DNA of 63,479 nucleotides, filler included, from Asterionella formosa (taxonomy: Eukaryota), in assembly GCA_002256025.1 (NCBI GenBank). It is 9 parts of 9 records of this genome, joined end to end, with 100 filler letters (N's around TTAATTAATTAA, not from the genome) between each part and the next. Parts side by side here need not be neighbours in the genome. Positions count along the whole stretch, not along the records: positions 37,394 to 55,940 come from NKIB01003993.1; positions 56,041 to 57,197 come from NKIB01003995.1; positions 57,298 to 58,454 come from NKIB01003996.1; positions 58,555 to 59,711 come from NKIB01003997.1; positions 59,812 to 60,967 come from NKIB01003999.1; 4 more parts are not named here. One strand, 5' to 3'. The position numbers and the translations under genes were made by a program. Within the stretch, counting starts at the first letter, position 1; every line of letters begins with the position of its first letter. Below, piece by piece: positions 48,928 to 59,915 of this stretch. A model generated the notes under the pieces. The model did not search any database and was not told the DNA's origin. It saw only the letters and a list, made by a program, of their open reading frames with translations.

Positions 48928-49231
48928 AATCTAAAAGCGATGACGATAGATGTATTGAGGAGGTTGATTGATATGTAATGATATGCATATGTACATGCAT
49001 ACCTATTTTGGCAAGAGCAAGCCATTTTGAGTATGAGCAAGCAAGCCTTGAAATATTCCGGGAAATTCTATATAGTCATCCATGCCTAAACATCTTCTTA
49101 TATAATGCACTGTTATTAACAACTGTAAAAAATTTGGTCAACACAAACACAAATTTTGGGGTTATGGGTACAACGATTTGTGTTAAAAATACACATGATA
49201 TAATAATTTTTTATATCAGAGCGCACCCAAT

Positions 49232-49529
49232 ATTTTATCCTGTGTATTATAACTTAAATTGTTGTAAACCTACTCAAAACCCCAAAATTTTGTGTTCGTT
49301 TTGACCGAATTTGCTACCTACATGAATAAACATAATTTTATATAATGCACCAGCCATTATTTCTGACTGTTAAAAAAATTGTGTTTGGTGTTGACCAAAT
49401 GGTATGCTGGTAACCGGTTACCAGCATACCAAATTTGGTGAACACGAACACAAATTTTGGGATAATGAGTACAAAAATTTATGTTATAATACGCATGCAA
49501 TATAATTTTTTTAATTTCGAAGCTCGCCC
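49232..49529. mobile_element. Harbinger-related MITE (its left end is at 46987-47011, split off by the 2.2-kb insertion)
   Basis: Right TIR reverse complement gggcgagcttcgaaattaaaaaaattatattgcatgcgtattataac. Internal inverted arms and a perfect 32-bp palindrome at 49400-49431. Confidence 0.65.
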
Positions 49530-49589
49530 ATATTTAGCAAGAATGATAAACAAAATGGCTTGTCCGTCAGGCCGTTATTTTATAACATC

Positions 49590-49814
49590 ATGCCGTCGGA
49601 CGAGACGGTAAACCATGATATTTCTGCAGCGTCAGCGGATAGCAAACCCTTTCCATGGCGCGATATCATAAACAAGAAGCTTGATGAAGAGTTCCAAGAG
49701 AGGCGAAAGCGCGAGGAGGAACGGCAACGGCGAGAAACAGTGACAAAACTAATTGTCAAGAAGAACGAAGCGGTTTTGGACCAACTCGAGAAATTGATTG
49801 CATCGGATCGTTAA
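49590..49814 (+). CDS. Small coiled-coil hypothetical protein (~74 aa)
   Basis: ATG at 49590; GC- and CpG-rich, coding-like; charged helical sequence DEEFQERRKREEERQRR; convergent with the GH36 gene. Confidence 0.4.
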   Translation: MPSDETVNHDISAASADSKPFPWRDIINKKLDEEFQERRKREEERQRRETVTKLIVKKNEAVLDQLEKLIASDR

Positions 49815-49990
49815 TTGGTGTCAAGTAGTGAAAAAATGCTTATTTGCACAGATCCTTGCATGCTTACAAACTTGCTCGAATCGGACCTTCAAACATCGCC
49901 ATGTAAAGAGTGATGTGATATAGTGAATGTGGCTTTTCATGACGTGGGTAAGTGTCGACGCAAGAAACTCAAACTGAGCATCCATTGCAT

Positions 49991-52330
49991 TTAAACCACA
50001 TGTATATCATAAGCTATAGTATGGCCTTGACAGGTTTCGAAGGACTCCACCTCAAAAAGCAGTGTTTCAAAACCGTTTATTACCTCTCCATCGATCGCGT
50101 GAGCCAATAATGGGACATTCACTCCGTCACGTGAAGCACAAATTGCTCGTTTTCTTCCATGTCTGTCACATGGTCGGTACATCAGAACAAATGTCCCACA
50201 GCCTTTGATCCGCAACTTGAGAGTAACCCCAATGATTTCTAAATCTACAATTGCACCTGCTCCATTAATTTTGCCTTTAAAGCCGAGTGGCACCACTTCA
50301 ACGCCGTGTACAGTGGCAAGTGGGTAGATTGTCACAAGATCACAGCCATTTGTGTCTAAGCTAATTTCAAACGTTGACGAGGCATCTTGGAGAAAAATTC
50401 CTGGGCTCTCTGAGAAGAAAGGAACAGCAAGGAACTTTTGATTCTCAGCAAAGAACCTATCAAAATATGGTATATCGGCAGGTTTCAATACCACCCTCAT
50501 CGTTTTCGGAGTAAGCAAGGACTCGGATGCGATATAGTCTAGGGATTCATAACTCCATTCTCCCGATCCGGCAACGTTGAAGGCTGCAAATACGGCGCTT
50601 GTTACCTTGGATTCTCCTCCATTTGTGTTATAGACCACTAGAGGTTTTCCGAGATGATTTAGTGGATCTTCAAGCAAATTACCCAGAATGGGTATGGCAG
50701 ATTCTCGACATGTGAGAATTGTTCCATCGCTACAAGAGACCCAATCTATAACTTCTTTTCGAATCTTGTTTGGCGGATCGCTAACGTATACAGGACCACC
50801 TGACACGCACCGAGAGACTGCATGAAGTCTGACATATTCGTCCCCGTTTAACGCTGTCGTGAACATATCCCAATCGGGAATTGATACTTGGCCCAATAGC
50901 AAGGAGTTGAAAGCACATGATACAATGTGTGACCCATGTGAAAAAGGATTATCAGGATAGTGATCATCACTTGCCCGAAGGAACGATCGCGTGCCAGGGT
51001 AAAGTTTAGGTAGCTTGTAGAATATTTTCGGATCATGTGCCATACAATGAATGATTGGAGGAGTGTGCAGAGGATTCTCTAATTTCTCGACAAATCTGTT
51101 CTTAATACTGCGTGCCAAGGCAGTGGTCGCGTTGTCTATGAGCAGAACGCTGTTAAGTGACGGGTTTATATCTGTTCGTACGGATGACACTAAAATTGAA
51201 ACAAGAGCCTGGGCATCAACCTTGACTCCATCAATTCCACAGGTAAGCAAGTATTTATGATACGAGGAAAAGAACAAATCCATGTCATCCGGTATTCCCA
51301 CACCTTTTGTAACACTGGATTCGTTCTGAGCAGAATGATCAATATTAATAATCCCTCTTGGGAACTCAGGAAAATACAATGACGATGCCGGTAGATCCTC
51401 ATTCGCAGGATCCAAACCCAGCCAATAGCCCGCCAAGGTGTGCCAAACCCACACGTTGGTCAATCCAGATTTTTTTATTCGGGATACGGTGTCTTTTAAT
51501 GATAACCCATCAAATTTTGTTGGGCATTCGTCCAGCCCTGCAAGCCTCTCACTCCACTGCTGACCATTGTCAGCTTTGTCATTGGTTGTATGCTGCCAGC
51601 CATCGTCAAGAATTGTCCACTGAATGGGAATTTTGTTTGCCTTGATCTGCCCCACTGCTTCAACCATTTTTTCACCTGATATTTGAGTATAGAAAGCGTT
51701 CCAACTACACCACCCCAGGCCTAGATAATCAAATGCAGTAGAATTTGTTTTGATGACACCCGTGATCATTGCAACGCCTTCCTCAATTAACCTGTACGGG
51801 TCGATGCTGACACCTGAATACAACACACTATCGGGGTGATCTGAGGTCAAAATAACCTCGCCATTGTCACGTCCATGTAATGATGACGAAGCCGAGGGTA
51901 GAATCAATCGATAGCTGCTGGAGAATTCGTCGCGACACAAGATCATAATGGTTTCCCAAGGAATCGAGTCTCTACAAAAGACTGGTCTCATCCACCATAT
52001 CTTGAAGCGTTGCAAACACATCCTATTTTCAGTGGAGGAGGCCACGAGCTGTCCGAGCGACCTCTCGAACCAAACTCCTGCTTTCTCTCCTGGTCGAGTA
52101 GGTCCCCTTGTTGGAAAACGTTTGCTTAGCTCGAGAGCATAGATGTTTCCGAGTGCTCCTGCTTTCTGGACGCTAGCGATAGTATCGAAACCCCAAAATC
52201 TACCATCCGGCACGCCAGGTCGCGCCATATTCCGCAAGTATATGTGGTGCTGTCGTTCTCGATGTACTAGAAAGGACGAGCTGACATCAAAAGTCGAAAC
52301 GATCACGAGAAGAAGGTGCCAACGGGACAT
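49991..52330 (-). CDS. Raffinose synthase / Sip1-like alpha-galactosidase (GH36)
   Basis: RFKIWWM, GWCSWNAFY, ILDDGWQ, VWHTLAGYWLG, GVKVDAQ, HCMAH, RASDD, PDWDMF, SGGPVYVSD. N-terminal signal peptide. Confidence 0.93.
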   Translation of the reverse strand: MSRWHLLLVIVSTFDVSSSFLVHRERQHHIYLRNMARPGVPDGRFWGFDTIASVQKAGALGNIYALELSKRFPTRGPTRPGEKAGVWFERSLGQLVASSTENRMCLQRFKIWWMRPVFCRDSIPWETIMILCRDEFSSSYRLILPSASSSLHGRDNGEVILTSDHPDSVLYSGVSIDPYRLIEEGVAMITGVIKTNSTAFDYLGLGWCSWNAFYTQISGEKMVEAVGQIKANKIPIQWTILDDGWQHTTNDKADNGQQWSERLAGLDECPTKFDGLSLKDTVSRIKKSGLTNVWVWHTLAGYWLGLDPANEDLPASSLYFPEFPRGIINIDHSAQNESSVTKGVGIPDDMDLFFSSYHKYLLTCGIDGVKVDAQALVSILVSSVRTDINPSLNSVLLIDNATTALARSIKNRFVEKLENPLHTPPIIHCMAHDPKIFYKLPKLYPGTRSFLRASDDHYPDNPFSHGSHIVSCAFNSLLLGQVSIPDWDMFTTALNGDEYVRLHAVSRCVSGGPVYVSDPPNKIRKEVIDWVSCSDGTILTCRESAIPILGNLLEDPLNHLGKPLVVYNTNGGESKVTSAVFAAFNVAGSGEWSYESLDYIASESLLTPKTMRVVLKPADIPYFDRFFAENQKFLAVPFFSESPGIFLQDASSTFEISLDTNGCDLVTIYPLATVHGVEVVPLGFKGKINGAGAIVDLEIIGVTLKLRIKGCGTFVLMYRPCDRHGRKRAICASRDGVNVPLLAHAIDGEVINGFETLLFEVESFETCQGHTIAYDIHVV

Positions 52331-55239
52331 CCACTTACAAGCACTAGAGTTAGAAAGCTAGATGCAACCAATATTGAACGACAGTGCATAANNNNNNNNN
52401 NNNNNNNNNNNNNNNNNNNNNNNNNNNNNNNNNNNNNNNNNNNNNNNNNNNNNNNNNNNNNNNNNNNNNNNNNNNNNNNNNNNNNNNNNNNNNNNNNNNN
52501 NNNNNNNNNNNNNNNNNNNNNNNNNNNNNNNNNNNNNNNNNNNNNNNNNNNNNNNNNNNNNNNNNNNNNNNNNNNNNNNNNNNNNNNNNNNNNNNNNNNN
52601 NNNNNNNNNNNNNNNNNNNNNNNNNNNNNNNNNNNNNNNNNNNNNNNNNNNNNNNNNNNNNNNNNNNNNNNNNNNNNNNNNNNNNNNNNNNNNNNNNNNN
52701 NNNNNNNNNNNNNNNNNNNNNNNNNNNNNNNNNNNNNNNNNNNNNNNNNNNNNNNNNNNNNNNNNNNNNNNNNNNNNNNNNNNNNNNNNNNNNNNNNNNN
52801 NNNNNNNNNNNNNNNNNNNNNNNNNNNNNNNNNNNNNNNNNNNNNNNNNNNNNNNNNNNNNNNNNNNNNNNNNNNNNNNNNNNNNNNNNNNNNNNNNNNN
52901 NNNNNNNNNNNNNNNNNNNNNNNNNNNNNNNNNNNNNNNNNNNNNNNNNNNNNNNNNNNNNNNNNNNNNNNNNNNNNNNNNNNNNNNNNNNNNNNNNNNN
53001 NNNNNNNNNNNNNNNNNNNNNNNNNNNNNNNNNNNNNNNNNNNNNNNNNNNNNNNNNNNNNNNNNNNNNNNNNNNNNNNNNNNNNNNNNNNNNNNNNNNN
53101 NNNNNNNNNNNNNNNNNNNNNNNNNNNNNNNNNNNNNNNNNNNNNNNNNNNNNNNNNNNNNNNNNNNNNNNNNNNNNNNNNNNNNNNNNNNNNNNNNNNN
53201 NNNNNNNNNNNNNNNNNNNNNNNNNNNNNNNNNNNNNNNNNNNNNNNNNNNNNNNNNNNNNNNCCATGGCACATCAATGTGTCTTCATCTTCTTTAGAAG
53301 TTAATTAATTTCGACAGGGCCATGCTTGGAGCACTCCTGCTGTAGTTCTGTTTCGACAAGCTGGAATCAAGTGTATGGTAAGCCAACATGTACTGGTGAG
53401 CTCCTCAAGAAAATTTGTTATTCACGCTCCTATAATCACTTCTTCTGAAAGACATGTTCAAACACTTGTCATGAAATTCGATTTTCCCTTCTTCTCCTTC
53501 AGTGCCAGGTTCCGGTACTATGTGCCTTTGAGTCCCCAGCTATCTCGGCATGGCATTTTGAATTTAGCATTACTTTGACTCCAAGTTTGGTCCCAATATA
53601 TTGCAATTTGCCTTGCTCATTCATGAAGTCAGAACACAAAGACATCAGATGTCAAAGACTGGTGTTGCTCTTTATTAGGCAAAATGCATCTTTTTGACCA
53701 GTAAGTGTGTAGTTATTGCTTTTCTAATTTCCTTCTGGACAAACTGCCGAAAAGCACAGGCCAACAAGAAATTTATACTTCTCTGTATCAGCATGAAGAT
53801 TTCGAATTCCAAGCAATTGTTACCGGCATCTCCCCCTTCCACTAAAAATTTCCAATGGTTGGGGTATCTATTGATTGATTCGAAAGTTCAGGAAAAAAAT
53901 CCTTTGACATTGGCTTCATCTTCATACTTTGCTTTGGGAGCAAATAGTGCCCTGTCTTCCAATAATCTGTTTGGGCAAGTCTATGCTTGCTCTAGTATAT
54001 TATCCAAAATTGTTGATTCTGATTGAGGTTGATTTAAAGGCTTCAATGGAAGGAGCATCAGCTCTTTTGTTGAGTGATCCAACTTCAATAATACCCATCA
54101 CCTCTCCAGTTCAAATTTGCCTTGAACCCCCTAATAGTCGCTTCGTGACGCTATTATTCAGAAAAGAAGCGACATTAATGTTCTTGGAAAAAGGAGCAGT
54201 AGAAAAATTCCTAGAAAATAAATATAGGTTGTAACAGATTCTCTTGCCTTGACAGTTGGCTCTATAGAAGTCCACCACTGTGCCACTTGGAATGGTGATT
54301 CGATTATTGGTGGGATCACAGGACATTGAAGGGTAGCACTTGTTCATGTATGTCATCAATGTTTACGTAGTTAATAGCATCTTTCTTCCAACATCGTTTT
54401 GTTCGTTCATGTAGTGAATGAGGAGGTCGGCCAGAATCCAGCATCCACATAGTGATCGCTCTGCCATCACCAACATAACTTCTCCCAAACAACTGAAAGT
54501 TTGCTGTCTTATGTTTTGCGGTTTGGTTTCCAATAGGCACTATGATTACGGTCCTAATGCTATGTCAAAAAACTAAAGGGAAGCAAAGGGAGCCAACCAA
54601 ACGCAATCAACATGGTGATGGTTGTCACAACAAGAGATTTGTCATGCAAAAATATTTAGCTATTTTTTAGAAATAATGGTTTGTACCAGGCCCACGAAAG
54701 CTACTATAAGTTCTTTGATTATACACCCAGCCATTGTGTGGGCGAGCAAGCAGGATATTGATCATACAATCACCGGGATTCCAGTCCGCTGGTGTACCAG
54801 GTAGGGAGAACTTAAATAAAAGTGGCTTTGAGCCACTAAACAATATAATATTCACAGTGTTAGTAAAACAAAGTTTTTTCTGATGTTACGCCAGATACAA
54901 CATGCCAGGTATCTTGTAGTCGATTAGCTCTTGTGTTTTAGTTAATCAGGTAAATGTATCAGAAAATGGCAATTGGCCCAAAACTTGCAAAAACAATATT
55001 ATTCCATTGAGCCAGCATCTCCCGGAAATGCATGTATACATGTGTGAAGAAAACTTAAGATCTAATAAACATTTAGTTGCATTTAACTGCCATGGACCAT
55101 GTACTATAGCAATAAATCAAACAATTAGTTACTCTTATTAAATAATGCAAAAGTTCTTGAAGGCCAAAAAAAGAAATATTTATTAGTCAGAGACCATAAT
55201 TCACTTCAGAAATTGCTTCCAACACAACACAAAATGAAG

Positions 55240-55940
55240 CAACTCGAAGTCATCTCATTTAGTACAATGATGAAACCTACAGCAAGAATGCAGCCTCAAC
55301 CAACAAAAAAGTAAAAGGTGATACCTAATTCTTTGGATAAGATTGCAGTGTCACTTATTGAAAAATATATATAGTTGTGGAATTAGAAACTTGAAAGGCA
55401 AATAACAATGGCACACTACCATATGGTGCAATATTGAATGTTGATGCATCTAAGGCCGCTTCACTGGCTTGGCTAACAAAACTTATTGTCCTGTACAATT
55501 TGCAGAAGGTAAATCAGGCGGGAAAGGCAACTAGCTCGATCACTTTTATAATTACCTGCTACTATGACACGAAATGGTTCACAGTCATTGGCAGGACATA
55601 AATCATCAATTTCTACCCTGAGAACAAATTCAACTTTAAATATCCAACTTATGATATGCAAGAAAGACTTACTCACCCAAAAGAAAAAACGCCATGCTGC
55701 ATTTGCTGTTGAAAAAGTTGACATTGTTGATCAAGTTGACATTGTTGATCTGGTGTCAAAAGCTTGGGATGAGTCCCATGCCCATATCTCTACAAACCAA
55801 AAAGCTGTTGCTGAACAAGGTTGGGGTCCATTGAACTACAACTTTTTGCTCAATCTGGGAATCCAACTGACAAGTACCTCAAATCTGCAAACAGAAGCAA
55901 ACAATTATCAACCAGTCTCTTCCATTCCCCCATCCGGAAT
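55240..55940 (+). mobile_element. Decayed pogo/Tc1-mariner-type (DDE_1-like) transposase fragment
   Basis: KKDLLTQK..VDIVDLVSKAWDESHAHISTNQKAVAEQGWGPLNYNFLL resembles the AW..SF....N.KA...RGW.PLN end of diatom pogo-like transposases. An 18-bp duplication (aagttgacattgttgatc) is present. Confidence 0.55.
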
Positions 55941-56289
55941 NNNNNNNNNNNNNNNNNNNNNNNNNNNNNNNNNNNNNNNNNNNNTTAATTAATTAANNNN
56001 NNNNNNNNNNNNNNNNNNNNNNNNNNNNNNNNNNNNNNNNGTCCGGAATGAAAGTTGTTCTGGTAAGATTACTGCGCTATTTTGACGGCTATATAAGCAA
56101 CGCTACTGATAACTCACACTGATCTTCCTCTACATTCAATTGACATTGCAGCAAACCCTTTCAGTGAAGGAGCATTCGCATGCCGTTCCGAATGAGCAGG
56201 CTTTATTTCATTAATGAAACTCTTCAATTTAGTTGAATGAGCTCCAGAAAATTACGTAAACAAATTTAACACATTAAGTGAACTTTATT

Positions 56290-56597
56290 CTAGAATTATG
56301 TGAACGAAATTACAGAATTACGTGAAGGATTTCAAATAATTATGTGAAGTATTTCAAATAATTATGTGAAGTATTTCAAATAATTATGTGAAGTATTTCA
56401 AATAATTATGTGAAGGTGATCACATAATATAGTGATGATCAGGAATGCATGCATGATACTTTGATCAAATATTTAACGTGATGTATTCAGATAATATATA
56501 GACATGTTCAACTACGTATTTTGATGTATTCAACTAATTCATGTGATGCATTCAAAATCAACTAGGCTTATTTACGTGATGGTCACTTCACGTAATA
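56290..56597. repeat. Second (inverted) copy of the 18730 repeat, with a 4x 22-bp tandem array
   Basis: (tatttcaaataattatgtgaag)n at ~56328-56415, expanded relative to the 18.9-kb copy. Confidence 0.85.
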
Positions 56598-58044
56598 CGC
56601 GGCTTAGATGTAAAGTCAACAGTTAATATGATAGTATTATACAGTGGATAGGATCTAAGTAGGTATATGGATGCATTGATATGTACATCACTATAATATG
56701 ATTTGTGACATGGATTGATGCCTATCACATACCGGTATCCTCAACAACCAGCCATCACGTTCATTGTTGTGTCTTCTTTCGTTGTCTTAGCTATATATAT
56801 GCCGGCATGTGTATTGTGTCAACACTACGCTGGCGGAACATGCATATTACACTGTGCTCTGTTCAACAATTACTACACTCGGTTACCATCACACCAGTTT
56901 CACCTCCACAAGCGCCGCAAAAAGCTCCGCGTTTTCCTTCCACTGTTTTACATCATAGTCTTCTGGCCGTTTGACAACTTTCCAAATGGCATTTCATGGA
57001 TTTCATGGAAAGGATCAGTCAAACAAGAAACGAGACTTAATGGAAACAATATAGTTTCGATTATCATTTTTATTATTCTTGTATTTTTATCAACGTTCGC
57101 TTGTTAGTTTTTGGTCCCACCCGATTAGTTTCCATAAATTACGTGGAGGCATGGCAACATAAAAATTATCTTTCCGTATCTGTTCCAAAACTTCTTGNNN
57201 NNNNNNNNNNNNNNNNNNNNNNNNNNNNNNNNNNNNNNNNNTTAATTAATTAANNNNNNNNNNNNNNNNNNNNNNNNNNNNNNNNNNNNNNNNNNNNACA
57301 AGAGCACTTACGCAATTTGGTTTTGTTTTGTTTTACATTGGTGCTCCCCAACAAGCGAAACGAGCTGTTGAATCAACTGAGAAAAAAGGAAATGTGGCTG
57401 CGTTTAGTTAACAATTTGTTGTTGTCCTGCCTGCCTCCCAACGATTGTCATCCAAGTACCACATTGATGGCTTCATTACCTTAAACATTCTCCATCCTTC
57501 GAAGGCGCAATGTTTCGAAGTCACAATGTTTTTCGTTATGTATTGCGTAAACTTTCTTTGCTTGTCATGTCCTTTACTACGACGTATCTTTTCATGAAGC
57601 AGCAAGCATTGATTGTTAACGTGACAGAACGATTTGAAAAATATATATGCCATGAATATAGTAATAAAATTTGTAAATATATATATATATAGCGTAATAC
57701 ATTTTATAAAATTCAAAGGCACTCTCGATATGGAACATCTGATATGGTTGAGATGGCCATACTTGCATATACATAATTCGAAAATACTCAATGCACTATA
57801 TGTCCATTGTTTTCCACGACTACGTGTACCGGTATTATCTCTGAAATTTGTTTGCATCGATATTTTCTACGTCCGTTGAAACTAATTATTTAGACCGTTC
57901 AAATGCCCCTTTTTTGGGCGGGAGCTCTTCATGTGTACCGGTACATCATATGACAATAACAATGTATCATTTATACATACAGGGTACCAGTAGCAGGTAG
58001 TAAGTGATATACTGGGGGTAGTCGGAGTAGTACCGGTAAACTAG

Positions 58045-58362
58045 CAACAGAACACCATATGTTCAGGACTGTTGCTACTGCAGTGGGACAGTAAATCATC
58101 ATAGTTTTAGGATCGTATGATCGTAAAACTAAAAACCAATAGAACACGAAATGTCTATGACTGCTGCTATTGCAGCGGGACAGTAAATCATCATAATTTT
58201 AGGATCGTATGATCGTAAAACTAAAAACCAATAGAACACCATATATTCAGGACTGTTGCTACTACCGTGGGACAATAAATCATCATAGTTCTAGGATTGT
58301 ATGATCGTAAAACTAAAAACCAATAGTCGTAGTAATAAGCGAGCAACAGAACACCATATGTT
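58045..58362 (+). repeat. Minisatellite, 92-bp unit x3 plus a partial fourth
   Basis: Units start at 58049, 58141 and 58233 (agaacac...ggac..taaatcatcata.tt.tagga..gtatgatcgtaaaactaaaaaccaat). Partial agcaacagaacaccatatgttc at 58342. Confidence 0.92.
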
Positions 58363-58554
58363 CTGGCATACCTACCCGGTAGTTATCATAATATTGCTTT
58401 TATGAATTTAACTGGCGCGATAATTAGCCAGGCTGACGAGTTACTACCGGTACCNNNNNNNNNNNNNNNNNNNNNNNNNNNNNNNNNNNNNNNNNNNNTT
58501 AATTAATTAANNNNNNNNNNNNNNNNNNNNNNNNNNNNNNNNNNNNNNNNNNNN

Positions 58555-58889
58555 AACGTCATTACCTGACAGTTCCCAAAGAACACCAAGAGATGTTAAA
58601 GGCAAACAACAACTATAAAGCATTCTACCAGATGACTATGGAGGATCTCCATGACAGTGACATTCCTGAGTATAGGCGACTTGATAAAAAAAGATTCAAG
58701 AAATATTTCATTGAGTGCTATGCTGAGACATTGGGCAATTTCTCTGCTTACAATATAAGGGAACGAGCTTGCCATACTGAGGAGCTGAACAGAAGATATG
58801 CTGCTGCAAGAGAAGAAAATGTTCATCTACCTTATGAACATTACCTTACTACGGGTAGTAGTGTTCGGAGAAATATGATGCAGATCTAA
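58555..58889 (+). CDS. 3' fragment of an unknown ORF, truncated by a gap
   Basis: Open frame from the contig edge to the stop at 58889 (LHDSDIPEYRRLDKKRFKKYF). Family not recognised. Confidence 0.3.
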
Positions 58890-58989
58890 CCGTAACACAT
58901 TTACCTAGCTGTTAGTAAATGATAACTAATTTCGTATCTATGAAACAATGCATTTGCATAGGCTGTTATTTCTATATATATCCAACGTC

Positions 58990-59915
58990 TGCGCGTCCTG
59001 CCAATATCTACTCATTACCTCAATCGTTTCGACTGGTGGCATCGAGTAAAACATTTGCGAGAACAAATGGATCGATGGGATATTGATCACAAACAGGTAG
59101 AAACATTCATGACAACCATGTCAGATCCGTTCCATTGCAAATCTTCCTTCAATAGGTCAAACTCGTCATCCTTGAGCTTGCCTTCCAGTGGCATAGTAGG
59201 ACTGAAGCGCGTCCAGAAAGATACGCTCCTTTTCGGCTACTGTGAGACGAATGAGTTCCCCACTTTCCGGATCGACGACACAGTATTCCTCGTCAGGAAT
59301 GCATTCTTCTTCCTGCAAGTTAGTCTCAAAGAATCGTCTTGACTTGGCGTCGTAAGCGATTTCTCTCGTTCCGCTCGTAATGGTGATCTTTTCGTCGCTT
59401 CCTTCTTCGGCCATTAAAAGTGGACCAGCAACGGCCACACGACCAGCTGTTGTCGTTGTCTTCCTTAAAGTTCGATGCGCGTCCTGCCAATATCTACTCA
59501 TTACCTCAATCGTTTCGACTGGTGGCATCGAGTAAAACATTTGCGAGAACAAATGGATCGATGGGATATTGATCACAAACAGGTAGAAACATTCATGACA
59601 ACCATGTCAGATCCGTTCCATTGCAAATCTTCCTTCAATAGGTCAAACTCGTCATCCTTGAGCTTGCCTTCCAGTGGCATAGTAGGACTGAAGCGCGTCC
59701 AGAAAGATACGNNNNNNNNNNNNNNNNNNNNNNNNNNNNNNNNNNNNNNNNNNNNTTAATTAATTAANNNNNNNNNNNNNNNNNNNNNNNNNNNNNNNNN
59801 NNNNNNNNNNNCGAGGAGCAAAGGCCATTGGCAAAGTGGGGGCAAAGGCAGCCGCAGACGAGCTCGTCTTGGCCAGGACGGCAGCCGCAATGGCGCAAGT
59901 CCAAATGAGTTTCAT
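58990..59915 (-). pseudogene. PGRL1: PGRL1 (PGR5-like 1) homologue: truncated, frameshifted, partly tandem-duplicated
   Basis: ATG 59915 gives MKLIWTCAIAAAVLAKTSSSAAAFAP (signal + ASAFAP). Then CIPDEEYC..LTVAEKERIFLDALQSYY.., and in a shifted frame LKDDEFDLLKEDLQWNGSDMVVMN. 58990-59226 is repeated at 59475-59711. The TM/C-terminal half is absent. Confidence 0.8.

Larger units (their letters stand above)
47012..49228. mobile_element. PIF/Harbinger DNA transposon, internally deleted, with ~50-bp TIRs and AAT target-site duplication
   Basis: Left end gggcgcgctctgataataaaaagttattatat; right end reverse complement gggtgcgctctgatataaaaaattattatat; AAT on both flanks. Contains a transposase remnant (+) and a convergent second ORF (-). 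Confidence 0.85.

Noticed and set aside
52303..53308. Several long ORFs consisting of X
   Set aside because: Artefacts of translating N gaps; the same applies to 3186-3698 and 16115-17041.
53270..54860. Decayed coding-like sequence on the minus strand
   Set aside because: Multiple stops and no recognisable motif. Probably TE cargo debris, but it cannot be supported; the same holds for 10600-11050, 12250-12950 and 23500-24350.
18730..56597. One giant 38-kb transposon bounded by the inverted repeats
   Set aside because: The interval holds ordinary housekeeping genes and no TSD is visible; independent insertions are more parsimonious.
58045..58362. CRISPR-like appearance of conserved blocks with variable intervals
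   Set aside because: The intervals are homologous to each other, there are no cas genes, and the context is eukaryotic: a tandem repeat.
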